In this document: positions 13,186-25,500 of the stretch, one piece after another
How the letters are laid out: every line of letters starts with the position of its first letter
Position numbering within the stretch: position 1 is the stretch's first letter
Assembly: GCA_965235115.1 (NCBI GenBank)
Contig: OZ249436.1
Coordinates: 53,074,001 to 53,138,000, forward strand
Length of the DNA stretch: 64,000 bases
Origin: Laetmonice hystrix
Lineage: Eukaryota
Direction: 5' to 3'
Notes under the pieces: model-generated
Told to the model about the DNA's origin: nothing
The model's database searches: none
The model's input: only the letters and a program-made list of their open reading frames with translations
Program-made: the position numbers and the translations under genes

Positions 13186-14513
13186 CAGGGCTGGAATTTC
13201 AAATTTTAGGCTACTTGCCCGTCGGGCAAGTAGCCTGAAAAAGTTACTTGCCCAGATCAGAAGTTACTTGCCCGGATTTCAGAGGGAATTTAAGATAATA
13301 GGCATGGTCTATGAGTATTATGCTTTTTAAAATTAAACAGTCGTAATTTACCAGCCAGTCAAGTTATTTGCAATCACATACACCTCTGTCATACATAAAA
13401 ACCTTCAATAAACTTGAGCATAATTAATGGACCACTGAATGCTTTTCAGATTTGCGCTTCAGTTAATCAGGACAGCAAATTGAATCACATGTCAAAGTCC
13501 CTCTCAAGGTTTTCCAAAAAGTCCCTATTTGTCTCCACCAGAGAAGGGTCGGATCCCATAAATGTTACGTCAGAATTTAGATAGCCCATAATCACTTATG
13601 TCAAATAGAAGTAACCGGCATAACTGACGCAAGGGGCTTATTTCTACGCAGGTGGAGCCTGCCTGCGTAACTTCCTAAAATAAGAATTAATATACGAAAC
13701 TTTGAATTAATGTAGTTTATAATGTTACATCATATATGAAGTTTCATGGTGGCACGAGGAACATACTCTATGTGGTGCCATTCATGTTTCAATAAAAATT
13801 GATGTAGCGTTGAAATAAAGGCCCACATCACGCCAAAGAAAAGTCCCTACCGAGGCTTTCCACTTGGACGGAGGCGGGCCTATACGTCAAATCGGTATAA
13901 GAAGTAGCATTCTACTTCTTACGTCAACGCTACGTCAATTTTTAGGCAAAAATTTATGGGCCCCGACCAAGAAGGGGTTGTTTTCAGGACTTTGAATTTC
14001 TCTATGACGTGGGCCATAAGGCCTTGTGTCTGGCCTCCTGCAGCCATGCTGATTCCACAGGCGTCACTGTCATGTCTTTTTTCATCATTCAATCGGCGCT
14101 TTGGGGACGATGCTGGTTGATGGGGGGGGGGGGGGGAGGCCCGTGTTTCCAGTTGCGATGCATGTCGGCTGATTACCTGGCTCAGAGATAAGTGTAGCTG
14201 GGCCACGCTGATGCTGCGACAGCCACTCAGGACACACACTGAACAAACGACAACACATGAACAAAAGGAGCACTCTGGCGGCACACAGGTGGCCAGTTGA
14301 AACACACGGGTGGGGTCAGCTGAGCCAGCCAAATGACCCCCGCTGTTGTTACTGCACTGGAGAAAGATTGAGCCGCCAAAAGGTCACCCCCTTTAAACAA
14401 CAGTAACCAAAATAGTTACTCGGCCGGCGGACGAGATACTGGGCTAGACTTACTCGTCCGGACCGAAACTTACTCGTCTCGGGCGGCCGGACGAGTGGGA
14501 AATTCCAGCCCTG
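13186..14513. mobile_element. hAT-like non-autonomous element with 5-bp TSD
   Basis: TIR CAGGGCTGGAATTTC / GAAATTCCAGCCCTG; TACCC duplicated on both sides; TACTTGCCC / TACTCGTCC subterminal repeats. Confidence 0.8.
13547..13968. mobile_element. Harbinger-like MITE nested in 13186-14513
   Basis: TIR GGTCGGATCCCATAAAT / ATTTATGGGCCCCGACC; 3-bp TSD AAG. Confidence 0.7.
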
Positions 14514-15226
14514 TACCCCCTTTTACCCCACATTTATTTATTTTCAAAAGTTACTGCACAGCTTGTACTCTACCATATCCTTCCCATGATAAAATAAAGA
14601 AAACTTTTAACTTTTAATAATTTTAACCAGAATTCAATGTGCTCTTTTGGCGAGGACAAACAAATATTGTCTGAGAAAAATTACATTTTGATATATCTGG
14701 TTTTGAAGCGATCTTTACAGCCCTGCATACACAGAATAAACCAAAATGTGGTGTATGTCAGAATGGTACGTTTCTGATGGTTGGAAATGGCCATAATCCT
14801 AGCAACTCTGTGTTTGCAACAAAGACAGCCGAGCTGTCATGAAAGTATCTTTTTTATGTGGCTGAAGGATTTTAGAAGATCCAATTGATTCTCGAAAAGA
14901 AGCCCAGTCTTTTCTTTGCAGCACTAAAAATCCCATCGCCTTATTGTTGGACGAAGTACATTTACTTCTAAATTAGTTATAATGCCTGTGTTATTTCAAA
15001 TAAGGGATGTCATATCGTGTCAAATTGACTTATTACATGTAAATTGTAATGGTTGACGGAGGGGGGGGGGGGCTAGCGTGCGGGTATAGGTGAGATTCGG
15101 ATCGTTGTACAGTAGTTTCTCACCGGGTATTGAGCGTGGTGCTGTGATCTATGGTCGGTTGTTTGGCATCAGACGTGCAGCCTTCCAACCCATTAGCTCA
15201 GTCATGTGACCACCGGGGAGATTTAC

Positions 15227-15289
15227 CTGATGTAGGTGTGTCGTCATTGAATGCCTCGCTGAGTGACGGCCTGATGGCACTGGCAGCAC

Positions 15290-15325
<36 letters not shown>

Positions 15326-15515
15326 GGCAGAGCGGGGTGGGGCTGGGCTGGGCTGGGCTGGGCTGGGCTGGGCCAGCCGTGGCAGCAGCGGTGCGTGTCG
15401 CGCGTCCTGTCACGTCGGGGTGGTTGGTGGCAATGAGAAGCGCCATCAGTAGCAGGGGAGAGATGTGCCAGATGGACCAAGGAGGAAGGCTGGGTCCGGG
15501 GGACCGGTACGCCAT
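15227..15515 (-). CDS. Probable first coding exon (signal-peptide-like N-terminus plus low-complexity Ala/Pro region) of an unidentified secreted or membrane protein gene running leftwards
   Basis: MAYRSPGPSLPPWSIWHISPLLLMALLIATNHPDVTG...AAAAAAAAAA...DDTPTS then TCAG|gtaaat donor (phase 1). GC-rich upstream region has further minus-strand donors (intron GT at 15722 and about 17035). No homology recognised. Confidence 0.5.
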
Positions 15516-17849
15516 CAGGGTATTGAGATCACACGACCATAGAAGGTGCTAGGTCGCCAATGGGAAGGGCTATGTGACAGCCGCCAAGGGGACACCTTGA
15601 GCTTGGAAGTTGGAGGGAGTGGCAGCTCAAACTGTGCCGATCATCATCATAGCGCTGCCGTTCATTTGCACTAAAGTGGGACTCGGATCAGCATTGTGTG
15701 CTGGGTTTGATGTTATGCTCACCTGTAATGAATACTGTAGGGCCCTACTTTCAATGAAAGTATCGAGATTGAGCCCTTTTCAAGGGGACAAACGTGCTGT
15801 ACATGCGTCATGCTTATTATGAAGAAAAGAGACGTAAGGTCACTGGGTTGATTTGTGGTGAGATCCAGAACAAAACTTGATGAAAACCAAATGTGGATCG
15901 GACGTAAAGTTGCACGGATTATAGCAGACAGAGGTGCAATTTTGAAAAACCGGTTCGTCATATCGGGAAGTCTGCAAGCAGCACTTGCCACTGGTTGTGG
16001 GGACTGAAATGCTGAGTATGGGGATGCATCATCCAGCGGAGACCTCACGGATCAGTCGGGAAACGAAGGAGGCGTCGCCAAGAACGGTTCCGGGTCTCAG
16101 CCTTCACCAAGTGGAGGCCTTGAACACTGCCAGCAGTAACTGCCGCCACCCCGGCACCGGTCAGGGCGGTGGTGGCGGGGACCGTGGCCGGGACGCCGGT
16201 CACCCATCGCTCGCCGGACACAGAGCCACCACCGCAGCAGACAAACGACTCGGCGGGCGCAAGGCTCAGAAATGGTCCGGTGGAACTAACAGGGAGAAGA
16301 GGACACTGAGGAGGACACTGTCTGCTACGGAGTCGACTGTGAGCAGCGGGGATCGGGTCCCGTCTACTGGACAGAAATCAGGAGGGAGGGAGACTGCGAG
16401 GAGTTGGGAGACGGCGGTAGATGGCCGGCAGGTCCAGCACCGCTCACACCGACACGGTGGATGGAGAGGTCCTCCCCGGAGCAGGCACAGCATCCTTGGA
16501 ATACTTTCTGTCGATCAGAAAACACTACACTCCAGGTTGGCGTCTTCCCTCTCCTAAAGGCTTTTTCCAAAAGCCAAGGGATTATGTTTTTCCCCCCAAT
16601 ATTTTTGAATTTTTGAGGGTCAGGGGAAGGGGAACTCGAGCATAACTTTAAACGTTTTCAACTGAAGAAAAGAAATGTTTATTATTTCCTCCAGAAAGTT
16701 CTAAGCACCTTAACAATCGGATTAAATATTTATCCAAGCAAAGATCCGGCTGAATAACCACCCCGGGTGGGGCGTGGGAAAGGGGACTGAGGGGACATGA
16801 CCCGCACCTACATTAAATTTAAAACGACTATGTCAAAGTTTAATCCCCCACCCTTGCGTTTCACAAAAGTAGCAGATCGGGTTTATGACTATACGTCACC
16901 GATCTTACGAATTGAGTAATTTGAAGCAGCCGACGAACTGGTATCCATGGTCAGACCGTACTTAGCATTAGAATGCGTGTTGAACCGCCCAGGACATCTG
17001 GCCAACAGCTGGCACTAATTGAAGGCGCATTCTTACCTGTTGGTTTTGCTGTATATTTGCACCTGAGCCTCTCGTGCTGTGAGGATATTGTATCAGTAGT
17101 GCGTATAAACGAAATAGGTGATCAGGCACAGGTGTGATAGTTACATCATTATGGGAAGTCCTGTCTAGGTTCATAGAGACATCCACATATATACGTGCAT
17201 TGATCGACAGGTTCTGAAGCTCTGTCAAATACTATTAGGCCTATTTTGTCAAATATGAAAGTAATGTTGATCGTGAATGTTTTTTGATGTTCTGAATATT
17301 GTTTATCAGGATTGTGCACCGAGTAGTCAAACGCTAGCTAGTCCATCAAGTCTTTTATTGAGAGGTTTTGAGTTGAATGAGTTGTAAAGATAGAATCTGC
17401 AGCGGCTATGTGAAAATGGTGAACGTTTTCAGCACCATGAAAACGCTACTTTACACACTGCCGTCAAGAACCTTCGGCTGCAAACTTATATTCCTATGAT
17501 ACCACACCCTCGAAATTCACCACACCTCGTCCTATGATATATATTTATTTTATTCAATAAATAAATATTCAAAAAATTCTAGTGTGAGAGCGGAACTTGA
17601 TGACTTCACATTTGAAGATTTCTGGCAATATTGCTGCCAAAAATTACACGAACGCTTGAACAATTTTACATCCTCTGAGGGAGCATATTTTGAAGGATAG
17701 CAGTCATAGCATAGCATAGCAATCATAAACACTAAAGACTTAAACTTTCGAACTCTATAGTCATCCCCAACATCTTATTAAGAAAGGTTCTGTATTTATA
17801 GGATCAGCTGATAAATCTGCTGATACATACAAAACTATCGGACTCAGAG

Positions 17850-18110
17850 CAGGGGCGGGCGGATCCAGGATTTTTGCTTGGGGGGGGGGGGGGGGGGGGC
17901 ACTGGGACGAAGTCAGAAAGGGGTGGCTGGTCCTGAACTGCTGATAACTAAATCATGTTTTATACAAATTTCTTCATAAATCTCCAGGTTTACTGTTAGA
18001 CCTTACTTTACGGCTAGAAAGGGGTGGCTGGGTTCACTTGGGTATACTATACTTGTCCAAAATTTAGGGGGGGGGGCGGGCCCCTGCCCCCCCCCCTAGA
18101 TCCGCCTCTG
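17850..18110. mobile_element. Poly-G/poly-C MITE family (CAGGGGCGG..ATCC...GATCCGCCTCTG); related copies near 37565-37740 and 46523-46875
   Basis: Shared GGCGGATCCAGGATTTT start and CCTAGATCCGCC(A/T)CTG end, with G/C homopolymer runs. Confidence 0.6.
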
Positions 18111-18296
18111 AAGAGAGAGGCCCATGGACCATTTTTGAGGAGGGTCCGGCCTGCACCCGCCCCGTAAGCATGGGGGGGATGAGGGTTGTAGATGTTACAG
18201 GCGCTGGCTGAGAGCCAGTTTGGGTCATTGCCTGTCCTCGCCGGTTCGAATCCCACATAGTGCCCCCGATTGGGTTATCAACGGTCTGGCCTGTAA

Positions 18297-18560
18297 AGGC
18301 TAATGCACACAGACGCAACACGCGTCGCAGCACGTCATCTTTTAATCGCTCGGACAATGGTTTGTCAATGCACAGGAGTCTGACACATTGGGCCACCATG
18401 TGTCAGACTCCTGTGGTCAATGGTACCATGCACACTGCTCCAGTGGAGCAAGTGCGTGCAGCAAAAATCGCTCTCCAATGCGATTCTCACGGCGTGCTGT
18501 GTATCTCAGTACTGATAATTTTGCTGCAACGCGCTGTGCTGCGTCTGTGGGCATTGGCCT
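18297..18560. mobile_element. PIF/Harbinger-like MITE
   Basis: AGGCTAATGCACACAGACGCA / TGCGTCTGTGGGCATTGGCCT; TAA and TTA flanks. Confidence 0.7.
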
Positions 18561-18693
18561 TTACGCTGTGTTGATGCAGTCTTTAACGTTAAAGAACCCT
18601 TGCTCATTGCTACGACTCAAGTAGGGCCTTGGCCCGGTAAAAAGGAATTGTCCCCATCCTGAAAATGGCCAACAGTTGCCAGCGGTCCGCCAG

Positions 18694-18811
18694 GAGTGCG
18701 TTTCAATATCAAAAGATATCTTTGCCAAAGATGTCTTTTGGACTAGTGCAGTCTGGGTGTCGAGAGAGCGAGGTTTTCAAAGATATCTTTGGGCTTTATT
18801 GAAATGCACCC
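18694..18811. mobile_element. Short Harbinger-like MITE
   Basis: GAGTGCGTTTCAATA / TATTGAAATGCACCC; CAG and CTG flanks; internal AAAGATATCTTT repeats. Confidence 0.55.
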
Positions 18812-19457
18812 CTGCCCACCACCACCACCGCAGTAAAAAGCTGTGACGATGTGAAAAAGGTGGCCAGTGGTGTCAAGAATAGGCAGGTGGCATTGATCAG
18901 TAGTGGCAGTGAGCCCACATCACAGGTATTGATGATTTGCAGTGCCCTTCCTATCCAGCCAGCCCCTTGCCACCATTGTTTTAATAGAGTTTTTCTCAAA
19001 GACAAATAAAGTTGTGATGTTTCATATTTGCCAAGGAATACATTGACATGATTTAACATCACCTACTTCAAACATTTGTTCTGCAGCAACATGAAAGGCA
19101 CGGACTAACAGAAAACTGATCTTTAATGCAGAGTTTGGCAGGGAAAACATTGTTGATGTCATGATTGCTCGTCAATACACAACCTCCTAAAAGGCAAAAG
19201 CTGAAAGGTCTTCATGATCTGAAATCTAGAGTTCTTACGCAGAATATCCGGTGGCTTATTCTTGTGTCACGGTTTTTAGGTCTTATACCTGCAAAGGATC
19301 CCAAGCATGGTTCTGGGAGAGATGGTAAAAGTCCAGCTGGAGGTTATGAATGGTAGGAAAACCAGGGAGTACGTTAGCGGTTGCTCACAAATACCTACCG
19401 CCTGTGGCGAGTTCCACTGCCAAAATCCCAGTCAGCCTGTAGGAGTATATAGTTTAA

Positions 19458-19516
19458 ATGATATCCCGATTACCTGGCAGACTCGGGGATCGCATGCCCC
19501 TGAACTTTAAAAACAA
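19458..19516 (+). CDS. FAM149B1: FAM149 coding exon 1
   Basis: ATG; MISRLPGRLGDRMPLNFKN(K); donor AA|gtgagc, phase 2. Confidence 0.75.
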
Positions 19517-22500
19517 GTGAGCATAGTAATTGCCAGAATGGGAGCCGTCGCCACACACAGGCATGTTGTGCGGTACATTGTGTTTAATTGTATCCATTTC
19601 ATTACATTCATAACCAAGTGACAGTTAAAAATAATTCCATGCATTGAGAAGAGATTGCGTCTGTTTGTACATTTATGAATGTTGTTATTTCTGGTCCAAA
19701 TTTACTGTGGATACAGATTGTTATCAGGCTGAAGCCAGACTCGGCTTCATTAATACACACTTTCACTCCTGTTATCTTGGACAATTTAGCTTATAATTTA
19801 AGGGATAACTTAGGTACAGTTAGGAGTTCTGTGGTTGTTTAGAAACTTGTAAGCAACATTAATGTCGTTCCTAGAAGCCTACTTTTGAGATGTTAGAACC
19901 AAATGAATGTTATTAGAAATAAATGTTTGAAAATTACGCATATAATAGAGTAGGCCTAACTTTTATACACCTTTATATTGTGACCACACTGTAAGATACA
20001 AAAGAGATATAAACGCACATAGCATCATGCCAAATGTCGGTTGCATTCTCGGATAGTCCTACACATGCAAATATATATCCTACATCACAGCACACAGGGA
20101 AAACCGAGAAAATGGTCCCAAAAAATCCCTGTGCAGGAAAATACAGGGAATTCGTAAAAGTCTCCAAAACCTAGAGAAATCTTGAGGAAAAATATTTGAC
20201 AGCCAGAAAGAATTTAGGCAAAATGCTTTAGAACATCTAGTTGTTGGATCAATGATGGTGATCTGAGTCAAGACTAGTGGTACTGGTAGGGCACTGTTTT
20301 TGATGAAGACAACGATTAGCAGCCATATCGGATCACAAGGAACAATATCCACGTCTTGGCTAGGTACGGTATCTGGGTCCGCTATCTGAGGTTTTGTTTA
20401 TAAGGAACGGACCCAAATAAGGTCACTAATATGAGAAAGAGAAATGTTGGAGAAGTATATTATATGTGATAAAGCCACGTTTCAAACCAGGCTTCCTTTG
20501 TGAATGCACCTAAATATTTCATGGATGTACAACTACAACAATATATGTTGAGAAGTATGGGCCAACACAACAGTAACAGAGCACTTCACTGTCAGAAGGA
20601 AACCATCTATCACGGCATTGTCAATATGGTCACAGGTGTTCGGAGCACTCAACCTGCTCTGACTGAAGTGCCTCGGATGCTAATGCTGTGACATTATTTA
20701 TGATCTCAGAGGGTGTAATAAAGTGATCTTTGTGAAACTGTACACAAAGCTGCGACCCTCAAATCGTGTGTGGGATACATCAGAGACCATGTTAAAAGGC
20801 CAGTGGCAGACTCAATCTCCTGTCCCTCACTGAAACCCCCCCCCCCCTCCACTTCCAATTCGAATTGTAAGATATAGCGCAAACCTCAAGTAGGTATTTG
20901 TAAAGGAGAATTGGAATTATCTGGAAGAAACTTAGCTCGTTCTCAGAAGATAGTAAACTCCCTAAATCAGTCGGTTGTTTTAGTAAACAAAGATAAGAGT
21001 AGAGTGCACCTGTGAGACTGAGAAACAAGGAAGTTCCTGGCGTGCTATCGTCTTAGTGCAGATTACTAATAGATCCGTTCACAGAAGTTGCTATATTCTT
21101 CTTTTATAGAAGCCTGGCACTTAAAGAACGTGTCTTTTAAGTACTGAGTAATGTCTAAAAATATACCATCAACACTTCGGGTTCATTGAATTTCAGATTA
21201 TAGGTCAAAAGGTTTAATGTTGCTCGGTGACAAGAAATCTTTATTAGTCGAAAAACAAAATATATTTGACGACATTGACAAGGAGCTTGTCAGAGTGATT
21301 CATGGGTGCCGACTTGGCACAACATACACGTAATGATGATAGTAGTCGCGGACTGTTGCTTTATACTAAGTGTGCGACTGGGACACACCTGGTCTGCAGG
21401 AGTGCAATGTTTGAGTTTTCTGGCTCTGCCTTAAAAAAACTTTGATACATAGGAACCCGCATTTCATACGCTGTAGAATCCATGAGGCTAGCCTATAAAC
21501 TGGTAAGGGTGCATGTAGGAATTTGAACTTTTATGCAGCTTTAAGCATCATCTGAACTATAGTCAGATAAACAGAAACTGATAAAGGCACTGATAAATCG
21601 TTTCAGTCCTACTTGTATTGACCTTATATTACTTAGCACCTGGAGCAAGAGTTGATTGACATGATCCTGTCGGTTCCTGTCAGATCTTGCCAGAGAGGGT
21701 ACACAAGGTACAATCAGACAGTGAATAGTCTGCCTGAGCTAACCCCACATATCTTTAAACTTTGTAAAACAGTCCTAATTCTTTCTTAATTTTCTAGTTT
21801 ACCTTGATGATATGCTTTTAAAAGATGGAAGTGTAAAATTCTTCCACGTCACCGTGCAAGGGTAGATATTAGAAAGATTTTTGCAGTAACATCCAGTAAC
21901 CGTTACGTGTGAATTATGAACAGGAAAACGTCTATGAATTAGACTAATGTATGGATGTATTTGGTAACTTTCAGGCGAGGTATAAGTCGAGAGCGAGAAG
22001 ATAGCCACCCTTTACCAGACAGATTTGACGATCCACTTCACGCTGGTTATGGATATAACTATGATCCCGGATATAACAGGTATGGCCGTATTTGTGAGAA
22101 TATTTAAGGAAAAGCCTAAATAGAATTCAGTGTGACTCAGCTGCTGTCTTTTCATACTTGATGCCAGCTATTGATCAGAAATCAATATTCAAGTAGTTGA
22201 GATCAATTTGTATTTATCCATTAAAGTGGAAAAATCGAGAGGTCAATGCTGTTTTAATGGTGAATCAATATCAACATTGATTCTTTCAAATAACTGCACT
22301 TAAAAAAGTGTTGTTCAACAAAGCATAATGGAACCACTGCAGCAGGATAGACGTTGTCCATGTCAGTGTATTACAACTGACTAATTTGCTTGATTTTGAA
22401 ATCGGAGCTTTACTTCAAGCAATAGAACATTCACCGTGAGGTTTTGAATGCCTCAGGAGTATGAGGGCAGCTTACTTGTGAGTAAAACTGAGGTGTGTAA

Positions 22501-25500
22501 TCAGAGGCCTGATACGTTGGTGATGTTTTGTTGTGAAGCTATGGAGATCGACTGTACAGTGGAAGCCAGGAGTCATCTAGTGGACGGACATCCCCAGACC
22601 AGACGGAGGGCAGACAGAGCTGGCTGTCGTTCTCCAATGGTTGGACGACAGGAAACACGACAGAACGAAGTAGTATCTACTCACTGGGAGAAGATGTAAG
22701 TCAACCTTCGAGGTCCACAGAGCTCTGTGCACAAAACTAAATATAAGCAGACGGTTTTGGTCCTTTGAAATTGAATGGAGTGAATCTTTGAAACCTGGTT
22801 ATTTTGTCAATTGGTCGACTAAAGCCTTCATACCTATCCAGCATTATATATCGGGTGGATAAAAAAAAACGCCCCGAACTTCGAACTTTAATATTACAAA
22901 AACTATGCATTATAATTCCATATAATTTCTCATACTATTACTTCATGATATTATCTCTGGTATGTTAAAGTTTCAGCTCAATAGCTTTGATATTAATCCC
23001 GTGGCGCTAAAACCAAAAATCATTGTCTAAAAGCGCAATGCCGGAATTAGGTCAAATATCATGCAGCTGCCAGGTGTCCAATTTGACACCTGTTTGATGC
23101 ACGGCATTGTACCTTGGGTAAAAAATGTTTCAATATTTAGTTTTTGCATGTTTTACAATATGTATAATGTTGTGGACAACTAGATATAATAAATTATGTG
23201 CTATTCCTAGTACTTCTAGAGAAAACCAGATGTTTACTGTGTCAAACCCTACAGAGAAACTGCAACATTAGGACGATATGACTGTAACCAGAAGTTCAAG
23301 GGAAATCGTATCATTATCACGTTTAGAAACACGTTCAGAACGTTGCGTATTTCCCAATGTTGGAAGATATTTCCCTATCAGAGATCATGAAGTGCATTGG
23401 CTCATGGAAAAAGAGACTGAAAGCAGTAAGAAGTGAAAACGGGGGACCGATAATCGTTGATCACCTACTCTAGTGTGAGGCCAGGGACTCTGGGTGCGAC
23501 TGCAACTCGCTTTAGGCCGGCATTGCGCTTTTGTACAATGATTTTTGTTTTTAGCGCCACGGAAAGATTATCCAAGCTATTGAGTTGTAACATTAACAAC
23601 TAGGAGACAACATCATGAAGTGATATTCAGAAAAATTTCATTGAATTACAATTATTACTTTTTGAGATATTGAAGTTTAAAGTTCGGGGCGTTTTTTTGT
23701 ATCCACCCGATATATACCAAGAGTGAGTTTTTGTTTCCGAGTTTTTACTGGGATTCAGTTTTAGCCTGCTTTACCCTTCATACATACATGTATATTTGAA
23801 CGTACCAGGATTCCATATTAATGGCGGCTGTTAAGCCGAGTAAGATATCCTGTTTAAATATGCAGAATTAAAAAATATATATTACCAGTGTCTATTCCTT
23901 AAATTGTCTGTGTACGTACTTAAAAAGGAGTAGCTTTCTATAATTTACCATTACCTGTCAGCAATACCATACTTGTCTTCCCTCATGGTTATATAATAAA
24001 GTGTGTCGACACATACGGATATGACGTCATTCCCAGTTGAGCTTACAAATGTATTAATTGTCTTCTGTAGGAGTTTGATCGGAGAGCATCGCAGCGTGTG
24101 CGTCAACTGTTTGAACAGATTGATCGCATGTTGTTCGAGGACAGTACGAGTCCCCAACACCTTTATACCGAGTGCCATGAGTGGGTCAGTCGCTTCCCTC
24201 ACCTCAGGTATGTCCAGTCGCAACCCACTCACCCCACCTCTGTATGAATTCTGTATGCTTTTTAACTTTTATTAAAAATAAAAGAGGATGCAGGGCTGCT
24301 TCCTTGGCAAATTGTAATTTTTTATGTCTTTCCATGTTGTCCACGATATTTGTTTTTATTCTGTTCAATACAAATCAGTAGTAAGGCAGATTGTTTTTTT
24401 GGTACATTCCTACAATCTGTCACGTGCTTTATGAAGGTACCGGTATGCCTATTACATTTGTCCCAGATTCCAGCAGTTTGTTGAAGCAGTTCTGCTCATC
24501 ATCACAGATGGCAACCATGGTAGAGTTTTTGCCAGGATCATACTGTTTCTTATTCTGTTGCTCTGTTATTGTGAAGAAAGGTTTGACTTCTGTATGGCAC
24601 ACTATGACGAATGTTTCAGAATCCTTGGTGACCAGCTGATGCAGCCAAAAGACCTTGGTTATCAGATGGTGCCGCAGTCTCCGCAGCCCGGCGACGACAG
24701 CCTGCTTTATGACGTCACAGATCAGGACATCACTGCCACACATGCCCTTAACGAGTCAGTATGAAGCAAAACATTTCTCTGACCCATCATAATTAAAGTT
24801 CTTTCCGTTTTGCAATCACCTTAAAGTTATAACAGAAAAACAGACAAGTCGTAGAGCTTACAGTTGGCTATATCAAACAAAGGCATAATGCACTGGTTAA
24901 GCTATTTAAGCCAAATGATGAGACACTGCCACTCTGGAGAAAAATTGTTTTGACTCTCACAGACAATGAAGTGGAAAATAAGGTTCAGTCATGCAATAGC
25001 TTCATTGATCTTAAGTGGTACGAATCATTCAGGCGGTCTGGCTATAGGGGGAGTTAAAGCAGGTAACTATCATACTTTGATTGTCGGAAGATACACGTCA
25101 TCTAACTAGTAGCGCCCCTACTGGCAGGCCCTGACAACTGAAAACAAACGCTGTCCTCCAGCGTCTCGTGACTGTAAATTGACAGGGAGAGATACTGAAG
25201 GGCATTGTAAGCAAAGATCTGATAGGTATCGGCTCTTTTGTCTCTTTTTTTTCAGATTTAGCCCGTAGAAAGTAGGCCTACCCCTTAACTGGCAGGATGC
25301 CACCTGTAAATGGATCAGGGTTTTCATTAAAATGGAGTACACACCAATAGAGATTGTAAAATTAAAGGAAAAAGGTGAACTTGCAATGAACTTGATGGTT
25401 CTGTACTGCTAGTGTTAAGGTAACTCATTAACATTTAATCAAATACCTTGTTAAGTGTTTCGGGCCCCGTGAAGGATCCAAAATCGAGTTAGGGTCACAG

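Noticed and set aside
15985..16557. 190-aa plus-strand ORF
   Set aside because: GC-rich low-complexity stretch with no recognisable family or convincing splice partners; more likely the leader/promoter of the minus-strand gene.
18199..18260. tRNA gene (GGTTCGAATCC B box); similarly 35615-35703 and 62387-62480
   Set aside because: No complete cloverleaf or anticodon arm; best explained as SINE-derived fragments.
24130..24207. Apparent frameshift in the FAM149 DUF3719 exon
   Set aside because: Recounting the C-run (TCCCCAA) shows MLFEDSTSPQHLYTECHEW is in one frame.
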